Shown here piece after piece: positions 28,866 to 39,050 of a stretch of DNA of 64,000 bases. The stretch spans positions 896,001 to 960,000 of the forward strand of contig CP147780.1 in assembly GCA_037310415.1 (NCBI GenBank). Reading direction: 5' to 3'. The notes below the pieces were generated by a model. It saw nothing but the letters and a program-made list of their open reading frames with translations, was not told the DNA's origin and ran no database searches. Position numbers and translations under genes: made by a program. Source of the DNA: Candidatus Atabeyarchaeum deiterrae. GTDB lineage: Archaea > Asgardarchaeota > Atabeyarchaeia > Atabeyarchaeales > Atabeyarchaeaceae. Positions within the stretch are counted from its first letter, which is position 1. Every line of letters begins with the position of its first letter.

Positions 28866-30404
28866 ATGTCATGTTCAGGTACGCTTTCTCTGCCACATAC
28901 TACAAAGAGCGTATGCCCAGAGTGTCTCAAGGTTATTGACGCTGAGATCAAGGAGAAGAACGGAAAAGTAATTATTGAGAAGACATGCAAAGAGCACGGG
29001 ACCTTCACCGACACCTACTGGTCAGACGCTAATTACTTCAAGAGGGCCACAGAGCAAGACTACCCCGGGTGCGGGGTCGAAAATCCTAGAACCGAAACCA
29101 AGAAAGGATGTCCTTATGATTGTGGATTGTGCCCTAATCACAAGTCTCACACAGCTCTAGCTTTGATTGATGTTACGAACAGATGCAACCTTCGTTGTCC
29201 CATCTGCTTCGCTAACGCCGCCCATGCTGGCTACGTCTATGAACCCTCACTAGACGAGATACGCCAAATCCTCGTTAACTTTAAGAGTAACATGCCAGTG
29301 CCAGCCCCCGCTGTCCAGTTTGCTGGTGGTGAGCCAACCATAAGAAAAGACTTCCCAGAGATAGTCAAGATTGCTAGACAAGTTGGATTCAGTCACGTTG
29401 AGATCGCGACGAACGGAATAAGAATCGCGCAAGACTTTAATTTTGCCAAGGCCGTGAAAGAGGCTGGACTAAGCACCCTCTATCTGCAGTTTGATGGTGT
29501 GACACCTGAACCATTCATAGCTGCTAGAGGAAGGAATCTGCTACCGATGAAATTGAAAACCCTGGAGAACTGTAGAAAAGCAGGACTACATAGCATAGTT
29601 CTAGTTCCAACAATAGTAAAGGGAGTAAACGACCATCAAATCGGTGACATAGTTCGTTTCGCCATCAAAAACAAGGACATCGTTAGGGGAATAAACTTCC
29701 AGCCTGTCTCGATAACGGGGCGCATCGATAAAGAAGAAAGAGAAAAAATGAGGATTACAATACCAGACGTCTCAAAGCTTATGGAGCAACAGACAAATGG
29801 CATGATTAAGGCGGAAGACTTCTACACTTGTTGCTCGACTGTTCCACTAAGCAGAGTTCTTGGGCCACTTACAGGCAAGCAGGGAGTTGAGTTCTCATGT
29901 CACCCAGCATGTGGAGTTGCAACATATCTCTTCATTGAGGAGGATGGCACCGTCAACCCCATAACACACTACGTCGACTACATCGGATTAATAAAGGAGC
30001 TAAACAAGCGCCAGCAGGAGGGAACACTCGAAGGTCAACTTCTTGACGTCGTAGAAAAATTCGTCAAAGACGAGTCGATCGCAGATATGTTACAAACTAT
30101 ATTTACAGACCCTTCATATGAAGCACTAGGAAAGTATAGTCGATCAGCAATACTAGTCGGTTCAATGCACTTCATGGATCCATTCAATTTTGACGGCGAG
30201 AGAGTCTGCAGATGCGTCATACACTATGGTGTCCCTGCCAAAAAGGGTGTTCCCGGACCAATAATACCCTTCTGTGCAATGAACTCGATCCACCGCCCAG
30301 TAGTCGAGAAAGCTCTGGGAACCCCAATTGACCAATGGGTGAAAAGTCACAAAGGCGTTACTGTCGGTCCAAGTGAAGTGGGCGGGATTGTAGAAAAGGC
30401 ATAG
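28866..30404 (+). CDS. tes: Radical SAM tetraether lipid synthase (MJ0619/GDGT-MAS family)
   Basis: CPEC...CKEHG, GCPYDCGLCPNH, CNLRCPICFA, FMD..NFD.ER..RC.IHY, IPFC. Confidence 0.85.
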   Translation: MSCSGTLSLPHTTKSVCPECLKVIDAEIKEKNGKVIIEKTCKEHGTFTDTYWSDANYFKRATEQDYPGCGVENPRTETKKGCPYDCGLCPNHKSHTALALIDVTNRCNLRCPICFANAAHAGYVYEPSLDEIRQILVNFKSNMPVPAPAVQFAGGEPTIRKDFPEIVKIARQVGFSHVEIATNGIRIAQDFNFAKAVKEAGLSTLYLQFDGVTPEPFIAARGRNLLPMKLKTLENCRKAGLHSIVLVPTIVKGVNDHQIGDIVRFAIKNKDIVRGINFQPVSITGRIDKEEREKMRITIPDVSKLMEQQTNGMIKAEDFYTCCSTVPLSRVLGPLTGKQGVEFSCHPACGVATYLFIEEDGTVNPITHYVDYIGLIKELNKRQQEGTLEGQLLDVVEKFVKDESIADMLQTIFTDPSYEALGKYSRSAILVGSMHFMDPFNFDGERVCRCVIHYGVPAKKGVPGPIIPFCAMNSIHRPVVEKALGTPIDQWVKSHKGVTVGPSEVGGIVEKA

Positions 30405-30771
30405 GCGACCGGTTCGAGGAGAAGAACTGGAACACCCTTAACCCTTTTTGGTCTGATCTTGGTTTTCTTACGGTTGGAGCTATTTCCTGCTAGAATTCAC
30501 CTGTTTTGATCGAGCAGCTGAGACGGAGTTGAAGGTGACATGACTTTCTTGGAAATCAGATGCACTTTTGTTCTTTTTGATGATTCCAATCTTCAGTTGT
30601 TCAAAATGTCGGATGAAAAACCATCCCCATTAGAGAAGATCTTGGAAAACTTAGCGGTTTCAAGGTTGTATCTAAATAGCCACGATTTTGGCCTTCGCGC
30701 ATGATCAAATATATGTACGAAAGCACATTACACATATCTTCAATACATAGCAACAGAGGTGCTCCCCAACT

Positions 30772-31713
30772 TTGCTGGTCACTGCGCTGAGCGGCGGTGT
30801 CGGAGGCGCCAAACTCGTACTCGGTTTATCGAAACTCCTAGAGCGTGGGGAGTTAGTGGTCGTCGGGAATACTGGTGACGACTTTGATCTTTTCGGTTTG
30901 CACATTTCGCCTGACCTCGATATTCTGATGTACACATTAGCTGGGATAGCCGATGAAGTGAACGGCTGGGGAGTCAAAGATGACACTTTCAACTGTCTGG
31001 TTGCTCTGAATGAGAATTTTGGCCTGGAGAAATGGTTTAATCTCGGGGACAAAGACCTTGCCACCCATATCTATCGAACTGAGCTCCTGAAAGGAGGCTA
31101 CAAACTCTCGCGAACAACAGAGACACTTTGCTCGTCACTACATGCTAACAATGTGAGAATAATTCCTATGACCGATGATAAGGTTGAGACATTAGTTAAG
31201 CTACAAGATGGGTCAATAGTTCACTTTGAAGAATACTTCGTTAAGAGACGTTCTAGCGAGCCAATCACGGGAGTCACATACAATGGTTCAGAGTCAGCTC
31301 GACCTGCCAAGGGCGTTCTGGAAAGTATAGCGCGATCCGATGTTATAGTCGTATGTCCGAGCAATCCAATCGCTTCGATAGGACCGATACTGTCGATCAA
31401 GGCGATAAGAAAAGCATTAAGCAATACGAAGTCCCCTGTTGTTGCGGTAAGTCCGATAATTGGTGGGATGCCTCTGAAAGGTCCTGCAGATAAGTTCATG
31501 AGGGGACTAGGGCTAGAAGTCTCAGCCTTGGGCGTAGCCAAGCTTTACATGGACATCTTAACCCACTTCATAATCGATGATAAGGATGCCCCACTAAAAG
31601 AAGCGATAAACTCAATTGGTTTAAGCACGATTGTGACAAATACTATTATGAACACTCTAGAAGACAAAGTCAGATTGGCTAGAGCTATCCTCAACTTGGT
31701 TCAAAAGAGTTGA
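30772..31713 (+). CDS. cofD: 2-phospho-L-lactate transferase
   Basis: LSGGVGGAK, PDLD, LGDKD, PSNP.ASI, KGPA. Confidence 0.93.
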   Translation: MLVTALSGGVGGAKLVLGLSKLLERGELVVVGNTGDDFDLFGLHISPDLDILMYTLAGIADEVNGWGVKDDTFNCLVALNENFGLEKWFNLGDKDLATHIYRTELLKGGYKLSRTTETLCSSLHANNVRIIPMTDDKVETLVKLQDGSIVHFEEYFVKRRSSEPITGVTYNGSESARPAKGVLESIARSDVIVVCPSNPIASIGPILSIKAIRKALSNTKSPVVAVSPIIGGMPLKGPADKFMRGLGLEVSALGVAKLYMDILTHFIIDDKDAPLKEAINSIGLSTIVTNTIMNTLEDKVRLARAILNLVQKS

Positions 31714-32366
31714 GATTATTGATTCCACATGCAGATGTAGTCATTCCTGTGAAGAAGCTAACACAGTCGAAAACCCGCCTCTCAGACACTCTTAGCTTGG
31801 AACAAAGAGAGGAACTCGTACTGGTCATGCTGGAGGATGTACTAGCTTCTCTACACAAATCAAACCTCATAGACCAGATAGTCGTAGTGACCCCAGACAG
31901 AATTGTTGCGGATCATGCAACAGACTTTGATGCCAAAACCATTATCGACTCAGACAGCTACGACATCAACGAATCACTGGCGAAGGTCAGAACGAGAGGT
32001 TCCTTACCTCTTCTTGTGTTACCGGTGGATGTGCCTTTGATAAAGGCAGATACGATTGACACCATCATCCGCAAAGTCGAGAATCCTTGTGACGCAACTG
32101 TTGTAGTCTCCCCATCAAAAACGAATGGAACAAATGCTCTTCTTAGAAACCCTCCAGATATAATTCCAACTCGCTTTGGAGCAAACAGTTTTGATGCTCA
32201 CGCGAACGAAGCCAAGCTAAGGGGAACTCGCTTGGTGGTTTATCGTTCTGAGGACTTGGAGATAGATGTTGACACACCTCTCGACCTCCACGAAGTTATC
32301 AAAAAAGGTGACTCAACAAGAACATCGCGCTTTCTAAGAACCATTCTTCGAACGACGAGCAATTGA
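31710..32366 (+). CDS. cofC: 2-phospho-L-lactate guanylyltransferase
   Basis: IPVK...KTRL, GTNAL, DVDTP.DL. Confidence 0.92.
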   Translation: MRLLIPHADVVIPVKKLTQSKTRLSDTLSLEQREELVLVMLEDVLASLHKSNLIDQIVVVTPDRIVADHATDFDAKTIIDSDSYDINESLAKVRTRGSLPLLVLPVDVPLIKADTIDTIIRKVENPCDATVVVSPSKTNGTNALLRNPPDIIPTRFGANSFDAHANEAKLRGTRLVVYRSEDLEIDVDTPLDLHEVIKKGDSTRTSRFLRTILRTTSN

Positions 32367-32388
32367 AACAAGAAGTGGAAATTCACTA

Positions 32389-33411
32389 CTACGTGAACAT
32401 TGTCGATGGATCAAAATGTTCATCCGCACGCTTGAAGCCTAGTTCAGCATCTCGATTAGAGCCAATCATTCTCAATGCAGGGTCACTTGTTCTCGCTCGT
32501 TTCATCGCTTCATAACCCAAGATGTAGAGCGCGTTTAGCACCAGTTGCGTCGCAGAAACACCAACTTCTGCACATAACTCGACAACATAAGTCAAGAGTG
32601 TCTCTGCCTCATCGTCAACAAAAAAAAATTTTCCAAAAGCATCTATTATGACGTCAAGAACACTATCTCGCGGAGAGACTAGACTCTGAGAGAACTTGCC
32701 CAATAGGCCTAGGGCGGCTGGGCTAATGTTGTGAAATACACCATAAGTCCTGACTATACACCCCGGAACAATCTTCCTGAACTTCCAGTCCTCGAGGATT
32801 TGGCTTGTTGAGGTAAAAACTGCTGCTCTGTCCCTGATTCTTTCGAGCTTCCCTGCATCCTTCTCACCTAAAGCAGCAGTTCTGCTAATAGGCACAGAAA
32901 GCTTGATTCTCTCCCCGATGTTGCTGCGCCAATGTGGTGACGATGGGTAGCTTGTGACCTCGTCGATCCCAGGAGTATTAACGTAAAGCATTGTAGGGGT
33001 AATCGCTCTGTAGAACTCTTTGTAAGACTCTTCGGTGAGTCTATCAGTATCCACAGCCGAGTAATGTTCAATTAGATTTCCAATCTCTTTGTTCGGTCGA
33101 ACAAGGTTTGCAGCATTAGTTCCCTTGTCGGTAAGCTGAATCACATGAAAGCCTCGATGGCGGTCGTCGGAGATCTTCCTGATTTGAACATATCCTTCTT
33201 GGCTAAGCTCATTTAGTGCATCCATGCAGTCAGTACTAAATGGGCCCCTCAAATAAGGTGCGAAAATGAATTTCGCCTCATCATCGATGGCACCCTTATG
33301 TTGAGACAGAAAAATGAGCTTCTGTAATCTCTTGATACCTCTGATTTGTCCATTAGAACACTTCAACATGAGTAGAAGAGTTTCATGCTGTGGTCTAAGA
33401 ATCTCACTCAT
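32389..33411 (-). CDS. Protein with N-terminal YwgA/Panacea(SocA)-like domain
   Basis: GIKRLQKLIFL...F.PY.RGPFS motif; C-terminal part not recognised. Confidence 0.6.
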   Translation of the reverse strand: MSEILRPQHETLLLMLKCSNGQIRGIKRLQKLIFLSQHKGAIDDEAKFIFAPYLRGPFSTDCMDALNELSQEGYVQIRKISDDRHRGFHVIQLTDKGTNAANLVRPNKEIGNLIEHYSAVDTDRLTEESYKEFYRAITPTMLYVNTPGIDEVTSYPSSPHWRSNIGERIKLSVPISRTAALGEKDAGKLERIRDRAAVFTSTSQILEDWKFRKIVPGCIVRTYGVFHNISPAALGLLGKFSQSLVSPRDSVLDVIIDAFGKFFFVDDEAETLLTYVVELCAEVGVSATQLVLNALYILGYEAMKRARTSDPALRMIGSNRDAELGFKRADEHFDPSTMFT

Positions 33412-33584
33412 GTTAGGATCGCTCTGCCAATCCTTTGATAGTCTGTGCCTGGGGGAGTATATAAACCACCCAAACGCAAAATCTCACTCATTTTAGAATC
33501 TGGGTGGTGAAACCGATGGATTGGATATCTTCTATTCGCGAGGATGAGTTTCTTAAGAACGTTGCAGGAATACTGAGGTGTCAC

Positions 33585-34490
33585 CTATCTCATCATTTCT
33601 CTGGCTACGGCTGGAGCAGCGCTCACATAACTGATTGGCGATGGTATGGTATCAGTTCCAACTACTATTTCAGCGCCTGCCTCAAAAATCTTCATCAAAG
33701 CACCCTCAACTAGTACAGGGTGGACAGTTGCAACGTAAATCTTGTTGACACCGTTGTTCCTCAGCACATTCATCGCTTGAACTATTGTTCCTCCTGTAGA
33801 TATTATGTCATCAACTATGAGAACGTCACGTCCTTTCATTGAGAGTTCACGAGGTCTTATCTCAACTTCACCATATTTCTTGTCGTCACGCGATGAGACT
33901 CTTTGCTTCTCCAGAACGTCATAATCTGCCTCCAGCTCTTTGGCAGCCACTTTTGCCCACTGCTCTGCTTCCTCATCAGGACCTACGACTGCAGGATTCC
34001 TCAGTTTGAAGTTCTTTTCGAAATATCTTGCTAGATCAGGGACGACTGAAAGATTGGTTGAAGGTATCCTGAAAACCTTTGCGATGCTTTCTATCCTGTG
34101 AAGGTGCAGGTCTATTGTGTAGACTTCGCTTGTTCCAACTGCTTCGATCAGGTTAGCAACTGTTTTCAGGGAGAATGCTTCACCAGGGTTGAATCGCCCG
34201 TCTTGTCTTGCATAGGCGAAATAGGGAATTATCCCTCTCACCTTGGAGGCACCGATGTCCTTTAGGTTGTCGACTATCAGAAAGTACTCAAAAAGAAAGT
34301 CATCTGGCTGTTGGTACATCGATTGGACAACATTCACTACTTTGCCTTCGACATCGCCAAGGACGCGCACATATCTTTCCCCGTCAGGGAACTTCTTCAA
34401 ATCCATCTTAATGAATGGAGTACGAGACTCCCTGGCGAGTTTTAGTGCGAAGACCTGAGCGGATGAGCCACCAACAACAACTTCTTCCAT
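33585..34490 (-). CDS. prs: Ribose-phosphate pyrophosphokinase
   Basis: FPDGE, PYFAYARQD, VDDIISTGGT. Confidence 0.95.
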   Translation of the reverse strand: MEEVVVGGSSAQVFALKLARESRTPFIKMDLKKFPDGERYVRVLGDVEGKVVNVVQSMYQQPDDFLFEYFLIVDNLKDIGASKVRGIIPYFAYARQDGRFNPGEAFSLKTVANLIEAVGTSEVYTIDLHLHRIESIAKVFRIPSTNLSVVPDLARYFEKNFKLRNPAVVGPDEEAEQWAKVAAKELEADYDVLEKQRVSSRDDKKYGEVEIRPRELSMKGRDVLIVDDIISTGGTIVQAMNVLRNNGVNKIYVATVHPVLVEGALMKIFEAGAEIVVGTDTIPSPISYVSAAPAVAREMMR

Positions 34491-34574
34491 GACAATACTC
34501 ACCGAGATAAGGGTCAACTATATTGCAGACTAGTCTACTCCTTGAAACAAATAAAAGCATTGTGTACCAGCCTT

Positions 34575-35537
34575 CTAATTCCTCTTCCTAGATACCTCAA
34601 GCATCTTTTCAAGATCTCCTCTGCAAGGACTTCCACGAGTCTCAGAATTCGCGGCTTTAAGTCCACCCGCGGTGTTGGCTCTCTCAAGTGATTGGATCTC
34701 TGAGTATCCCTGAGCAAGTGAGGCTGCGAAAACACCTAAAAACGCATCTCCACATCCAACGGTATTGATTACCATCAATCCAAGTTCTTTCAGCTTAAGA
34801 GCTGGTAACGTGATTTTTTCATCTTTTCTATCTGCGTAGGCACATCCCTTTTCGCCCAACTTGACTATGACCCCTAAGTCGATGTCAGATGTCTTCAGTT
34901 TATTTCTGACTTCAAGTGGATCAGTTGATTTTGTCAAGTTGTAGCTTTCAGTTGAATTCATTACAAGAATTGAAGTGTGGCTCAGGACATTCTTGAGTTT
35001 CTTAGGTCCCGCTTCGAGCTTGGTTCCACCATCATATAGAATTGTTGCACCATGTTCGTTTCCCAGGACTGCGAGCTTCTCAGCGGTGGGTATAAGTGGG
35101 TCACTTATTGCGATGACCTTACACTCCTTGATAACTGAGAGTCTCGAAGATTGGAGAAGATCCTCTGGAAAGAACTCATGGTTCGCCCCGAATAATGTCT
35201 CGATGACATTTGCTCCCCTCCTATCAATAGTAATATATGCCTGGCCAGATTCGACGCCACCCACAAACTTGATTTGGGATGTATCAACGCCCTCCTTGCC
35301 AAGAACGTCAATCTGCGTTCTCGCTATGTCATCTTTGCCTAAAGCTCCAAGTAAGCAGACCTTCCTTATTTCCGAAATCCTTGCCGCTGCAGTAGCAACG
35401 TTGGCAGCCTTCCCGCCAGGGAGCCTCGTGACTCTTTTGACGGGAACCTCCTCCCCAACATGAGGAAACTCATCTACCCAGATATTGATGTCCCAGTTGA
35501 TTGCTCCTAAAGCAATTACATCGACGAATCCAATCAC
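34575..35537 (-). CDS. PfkB-family carbohydrate kinase (ribokinase-like)
   Basis: PGGKAAN, NTVGCGDAF. Confidence 0.9.
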   Translation of the reverse strand: MIGFVDVIALGAINWDINIWVDEFPHVGEEVPVKRVTRLPGGKAANVATAAARISEIRKVCLLGALGKDDIARTQIDVLGKEGVDTSQIKFVGGVESGQAYITIDRRGANVIETLFGANHEFFPEDLLQSSRLSVIKECKVIAISDPLIPTAEKLAVLGNEHGATILYDGGTKLEAGPKKLKNVLSHTSILVMNSTESYNLTKSTDPLEVRNKLKTSDIDLGVIVKLGEKGCAYADRKDEKITLPALKLKELGLMVINTVGCGDAFLGVFAASLAQGYSEIQSLERANTAGGLKAANSETRGSPCRGDLEKMLEVSRKRN

Positions 35538-35768
35538 TCTCCTCAGATAATAACCGTGGATCCTTCTACCTATAATGCGTTTACTTTGTCATCTCATGAT
35601 CCGCAGCAGTACGCCTCACCCAAAAGATAAAATAGATGAACCCCTGGTTGTTGTATCTCATGCGAGCGTGCTTCTTAGAAGTTTTTCTTGGGCTCAAAGC
35701 AATAGTGTCTCTCTTTCCTGAGATCCCCCTTCAATACCCGTGATTGAGCGTCAAAGGGGTTAATAGGA

Positions 35769-36554
35769 ATTTCACGCAAGAAACTGTTTGATCACCATGA
35801 CGTCGACATTCTTCTAATTGACATGGACGGAACTCTAGGTTTCTCGCTCATTCCTGAAGAGATAGGTATGTCCATAGCATTGAAATATGTCTCAGATGAG
35901 GTTGCGAAACTTACTGGTCAAGACGCAAATCTTGTTGAGATTAGACAGCTCTATGACAGGATCAAGGGCATACAGTACAAATTGTATCCGCTGCAGACAC
36001 GTAGACACGACAAAGCTCTTCGATTCAAACTGATACTCGAGGAACTCTCTCGCGTGAAGGGAATAAAGACACCTGTATCGATGGTTGACAAGATCATGGA
36101 TCTGTACTGGGAAGTCTTCGAAAGCAAAGCTGAGCCGTACCCGCAGACTCATTCCACACTTGAAGCTTTGAAACGTGACTACAAGGTCATAATAATAACC
36201 AATAACGGCAAAGAGGAAGGCGAGAGGAAACGGAAGATCTTTGGCCTAGAGTCTGACAAGCACTACGATCTCTTCATCACTTCAGAAGAACTTCACAATA
36301 CCTGCAAACCCTCAGAGAAATACTTCGGAAGAGTCTTGAGTTTTATCAAGTCATCGTTAGACATCGATGCGAATCCAAAGAAGATCGTCATCATTGGAGA
36401 TGATCCGAGCGGTGACATTGCCTTGGCAAATATGTGCGGGGTTTCAAGTGTGAGAATCAAGAAGGATCTTCATTCCTCAGAGCAACCAAGAAATGATTTG
36501 GAAAGAGCTTGTGTTGAAATTAACGAGATAAATGAACTGCTGGGCATCCTCTGA
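35769..36554 (+). CDS. HAD-family hydrolase
   Basis: ILLIDMDGTL (motif I needs extension upstream of ATG 35823), ITNN, KP, IGDD...DI; start codon uncertain. Confidence 0.85.
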   Translation: MSRKKLFDHHDVDILLIDMDGTLGFSLIPEEIGMSIALKYVSDEVAKLTGQDANLVEIRQLYDRIKGIQYKLYPLQTRRHDKALRFKLILEELSRVKGIKTPVSMVDKIMDLYWEVFESKAEPYPQTHSTLEALKRDYKVIIITNNGKEEGERKRKIFGLESDKHYDLFITSEELHNTCKPSEKYFGRVLSFIKSSLDIDANPKKIVIIGDDPSGDIALANMCGVSSVRIKKDLHSSEQPRNDLERACVEINEINELLGIL

Positions 36555-36683
36555 CAATTCAATCTCTGAATTGGCTTCTCCTTCGTTGTAACGAACTTTC
36601 CAAAAAAGTATTGTCGAGGAAAGGTGACTTGCTTCACTCTTTTCCTCCACCCGAATCAAGTCGCTTCTGTTCGAACTGACTAC

Positions 36684-37166
36684 TTATCTTCTCGGTGGTC
36701 TTCTCCCGCGACCTCGCGATCCTCGTTCGTCTAGGTCTCTGTAAAGTGGTCTGAATCTTGGTCTGAAATCTCTTCCGCCGCCAAACCGTCTGGGCTGGTC
36801 AACAACCTTCTCAGACAAGTTGTTTTCGGTGTTAACAGTTGACACCTCTGCACTGCTGTCCATAATCTGCCCAAATCTGCCGATGTTCAGCCTCATGGAG
36901 CCTTTGAAAACTGATACGTAGCCGTTCTTGATCTCCACGCTCTTCCCTTCTGAGACCTTGCCTATTGAGTCATCCCAGAGTGTCAGCAGAATAGACCCTG
37001 TTTCGTCACCGACTAGGGCCTCAGCAACTTTGTGTGCAGATCCGTCAGCTCTGGAGCTAACCTCTCTTGGCGGACTTATGTTGGAGACTTTCGCCACCAC
37101 ATTTACTTGCCTAGAACGCTCACCGAGTTCTCCTATCTTCACACTTCTCTCTTCAGACAATTCCAA
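36684..37166 (-). CDS. ssb: Single-OB-fold ssDNA-binding protein with Arg/Gly-rich tail
   Basis: VGDETGSI.LTLW, NGYVSVFKG.MRLNIGRFG. Confidence 0.88.
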   Translation of the reverse strand: MELSEERSVKIGELGERSRQVNVVAKVSNISPPREVSSRADGSAHKVAEALVGDETGSILLTLWDDSIGKVSEGKSVEIKNGYVSVFKGSMRLNIGRFGQIMDSSAEVSTVNTENNLSEKVVDQPRRFGGGRDFRPRFRPLYRDLDERGSRGRGRRPPRR

Positions 37167-37501
37167 AATCCTTCTTGGTACCTAATTCATTGCGTATTTG
37201 TCTACCAACCAGCTACTCTTAGCAAAACGAGTCCGGTGGCATTCTGGAAGATAACGCTCTTAACGAATATTTAAAGGTGTCGCGCTTGCATTGAAGGAGC
37301 GAAGCATTACTAGATGCACTGCCAAGTGACTTTCTGATTCACGCTTCTCTTATGCTTGAGTCATGTTGCGATCTTCGTGCCGCTTGCGGACATGATGTTC
37401 CTTCTCACAGCAATTTAAATATGGATCGCGTTTCCAAGTTCCTATAGAGACTGCAGGTTTATCAGAACCATTTAAGAACAGGGAAATGTCGGGGAGAAAA
37501 A

Positions 37502-38929
37502 ATGGGAAGTTCAAGTTCAGTTTTCGGGAATCGTCTAGCAGTTTGCCTGATTCTTTCAACTATTCTCTTAATGTCAGTGGCATCAGTTTCAACCTTGCAG
37601 AACATTTCCTTGATGGATAGCGCCAAAGATTCAAACACAGGCGATAACAATGGTCTTCCAGCGCCTAATTACGAAAAGGCTCCTCCCCAATACGACAAGC
37701 TACTAGTGCTAAAGGCAAAATTATCGGATAGTTCATTTGGTTCAAACCCCGCTAGCCTAAGTGCGATGGCGTCAGGCAGCCTGAATTCATACTATCAGGA
37801 AGTATCATACAATCAAGAGCTCATGAATGCCACCATCATTAACACAATCTACAATCTAACTCAGACAGAGTCCTACTATGCTTCCGGAGGCAATATTATA
37901 CAACTTATTAATGAGACAGTAATCCAAGCCAATGCTTCAGTTGTCAGCCTAGGAGGATACTCGATCTTCAGGCATATCGTCATAATACATTCTGGGACAG
38001 ACAAGGCTGTCACACATACCTTAACTGATATCAGCTCTGAATTCGTCTACAACCTAGGCGGCTCACCATTAATCAATCGCAGTCACATTAGGATCCAGAA
38101 TGCATGCATAGTTGCGCAAGCTGATCCTCTTGGTGTCGTAGCACATGAAGTGGGACATAGCCTTGGTCTACCAGATCTCTACGACATAACGTATTCTGGC
38201 TCTGGCAGCATTGATCCCCCATTTGTGGGCAGATGGGATCTGATGGGCGCAGGGAGCTGGAGCCCCTATGACCCATTAGGGTTCAGTCTTCCCACCGGAA
38301 CCAGTCCAGCACACCCCAGCACATGGTGTAAGATCAAGTTGGGCTGGATAAAACCAGGACAAATAGTGAGTATAACACAAACAGCTATCCATGTCAGCGG
38401 ATCCAATGTGATTGTCTATCTCAAACCTGAAGAGGCAAATGAATCCACCCTTGCTATACGAATAGTGCTCGATAATGGAACCTACCTTCTGGTTGAGAAC
38501 AGGCAGCAGATAGGATACGATGCAGCGTTGCCTTCAAGGGGCATTCTAATCCTCTACTGCGATGACTCCATACCAAGTGGCTATGGGCCAGTTATAATTC
38601 GGAGTGCTAACCCTCCTGGTTATGGAGCCTTTGCGGCTTTTAATGTAGGTGGTTTTGTCTCCAACAATTTCTTTGGAGATCGCAGTGCTGACATAGGCGT
38701 TAAGATATTGAACAAATGGGTCAATGGAACATACAAGATCTTGGTTGGAGATTACGATTACGTATTCAACACGCCCACGGAGTACATGGATCCAGCCATT
38801 CCACTCATACTCTTCATAGCTGTTTTTGCAGTAGTAGCGATTGTCACATTGGTCGTCTACGTGAAACGGGGAAGGCAGAAGACACAGAAGTCCACCTACG
38901 GCGATATTACGACCATAAAACTTAGCTAG
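37502..38929 (+). CDS. Membrane-anchored M6 (InhA-like) metalloprotease
   Basis: Signal peptide, HEVGHSLGLPDLY, WDLMG.GSW, ENRQ..GYD, C-terminal TM. Confidence 0.85.
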   Translation: MGSSSSVFGNRLAVCLILSTILLMSVASVSTLQNISLMDSAKDSNTGDNNGLPAPNYEKAPPQYDKLLVLKAKLSDSSFGSNPASLSAMASGSLNSYYQEVSYNQELMNATIINTIYNLTQTESYYASGGNIIQLINETVIQANASVVSLGGYSIFRHIVIIHSGTDKAVTHTLTDISSEFVYNLGGSPLINRSHIRIQNACIVAQADPLGVVAHEVGHSLGLPDLYDITYSGSGSIDPPFVGRWDLMGAGSWSPYDPLGFSLPTGTSPAHPSTWCKIKLGWIKPGQIVSITQTAIHVSGSNVIVYLKPEEANESTLAIRIVLDNGTYLLVENRQQIGYDAALPSRGILILYCDDSIPSGYGPVIIRSANPPGYGAFAAFNVGGFVSNNFFGDRSADIGVKILNKWVNGTYKILVGDYDYVFNTPTEYMDPAIPLILFIAVFAVVAIVTLVVYVKRGRQKTQKSTYGDITTIKLS

Positions 38930-39050
38930 ATAGAAGTTGGGTGGCGCTGGGCTTTCCATCCCTCTTTTTATTGCTGAATAGTAATAGTGTATTGGTTTCT
39001 CAGGGCTGATCGTGATAGGATTGATTCCTATGACTCTGTTTTGACATCTC

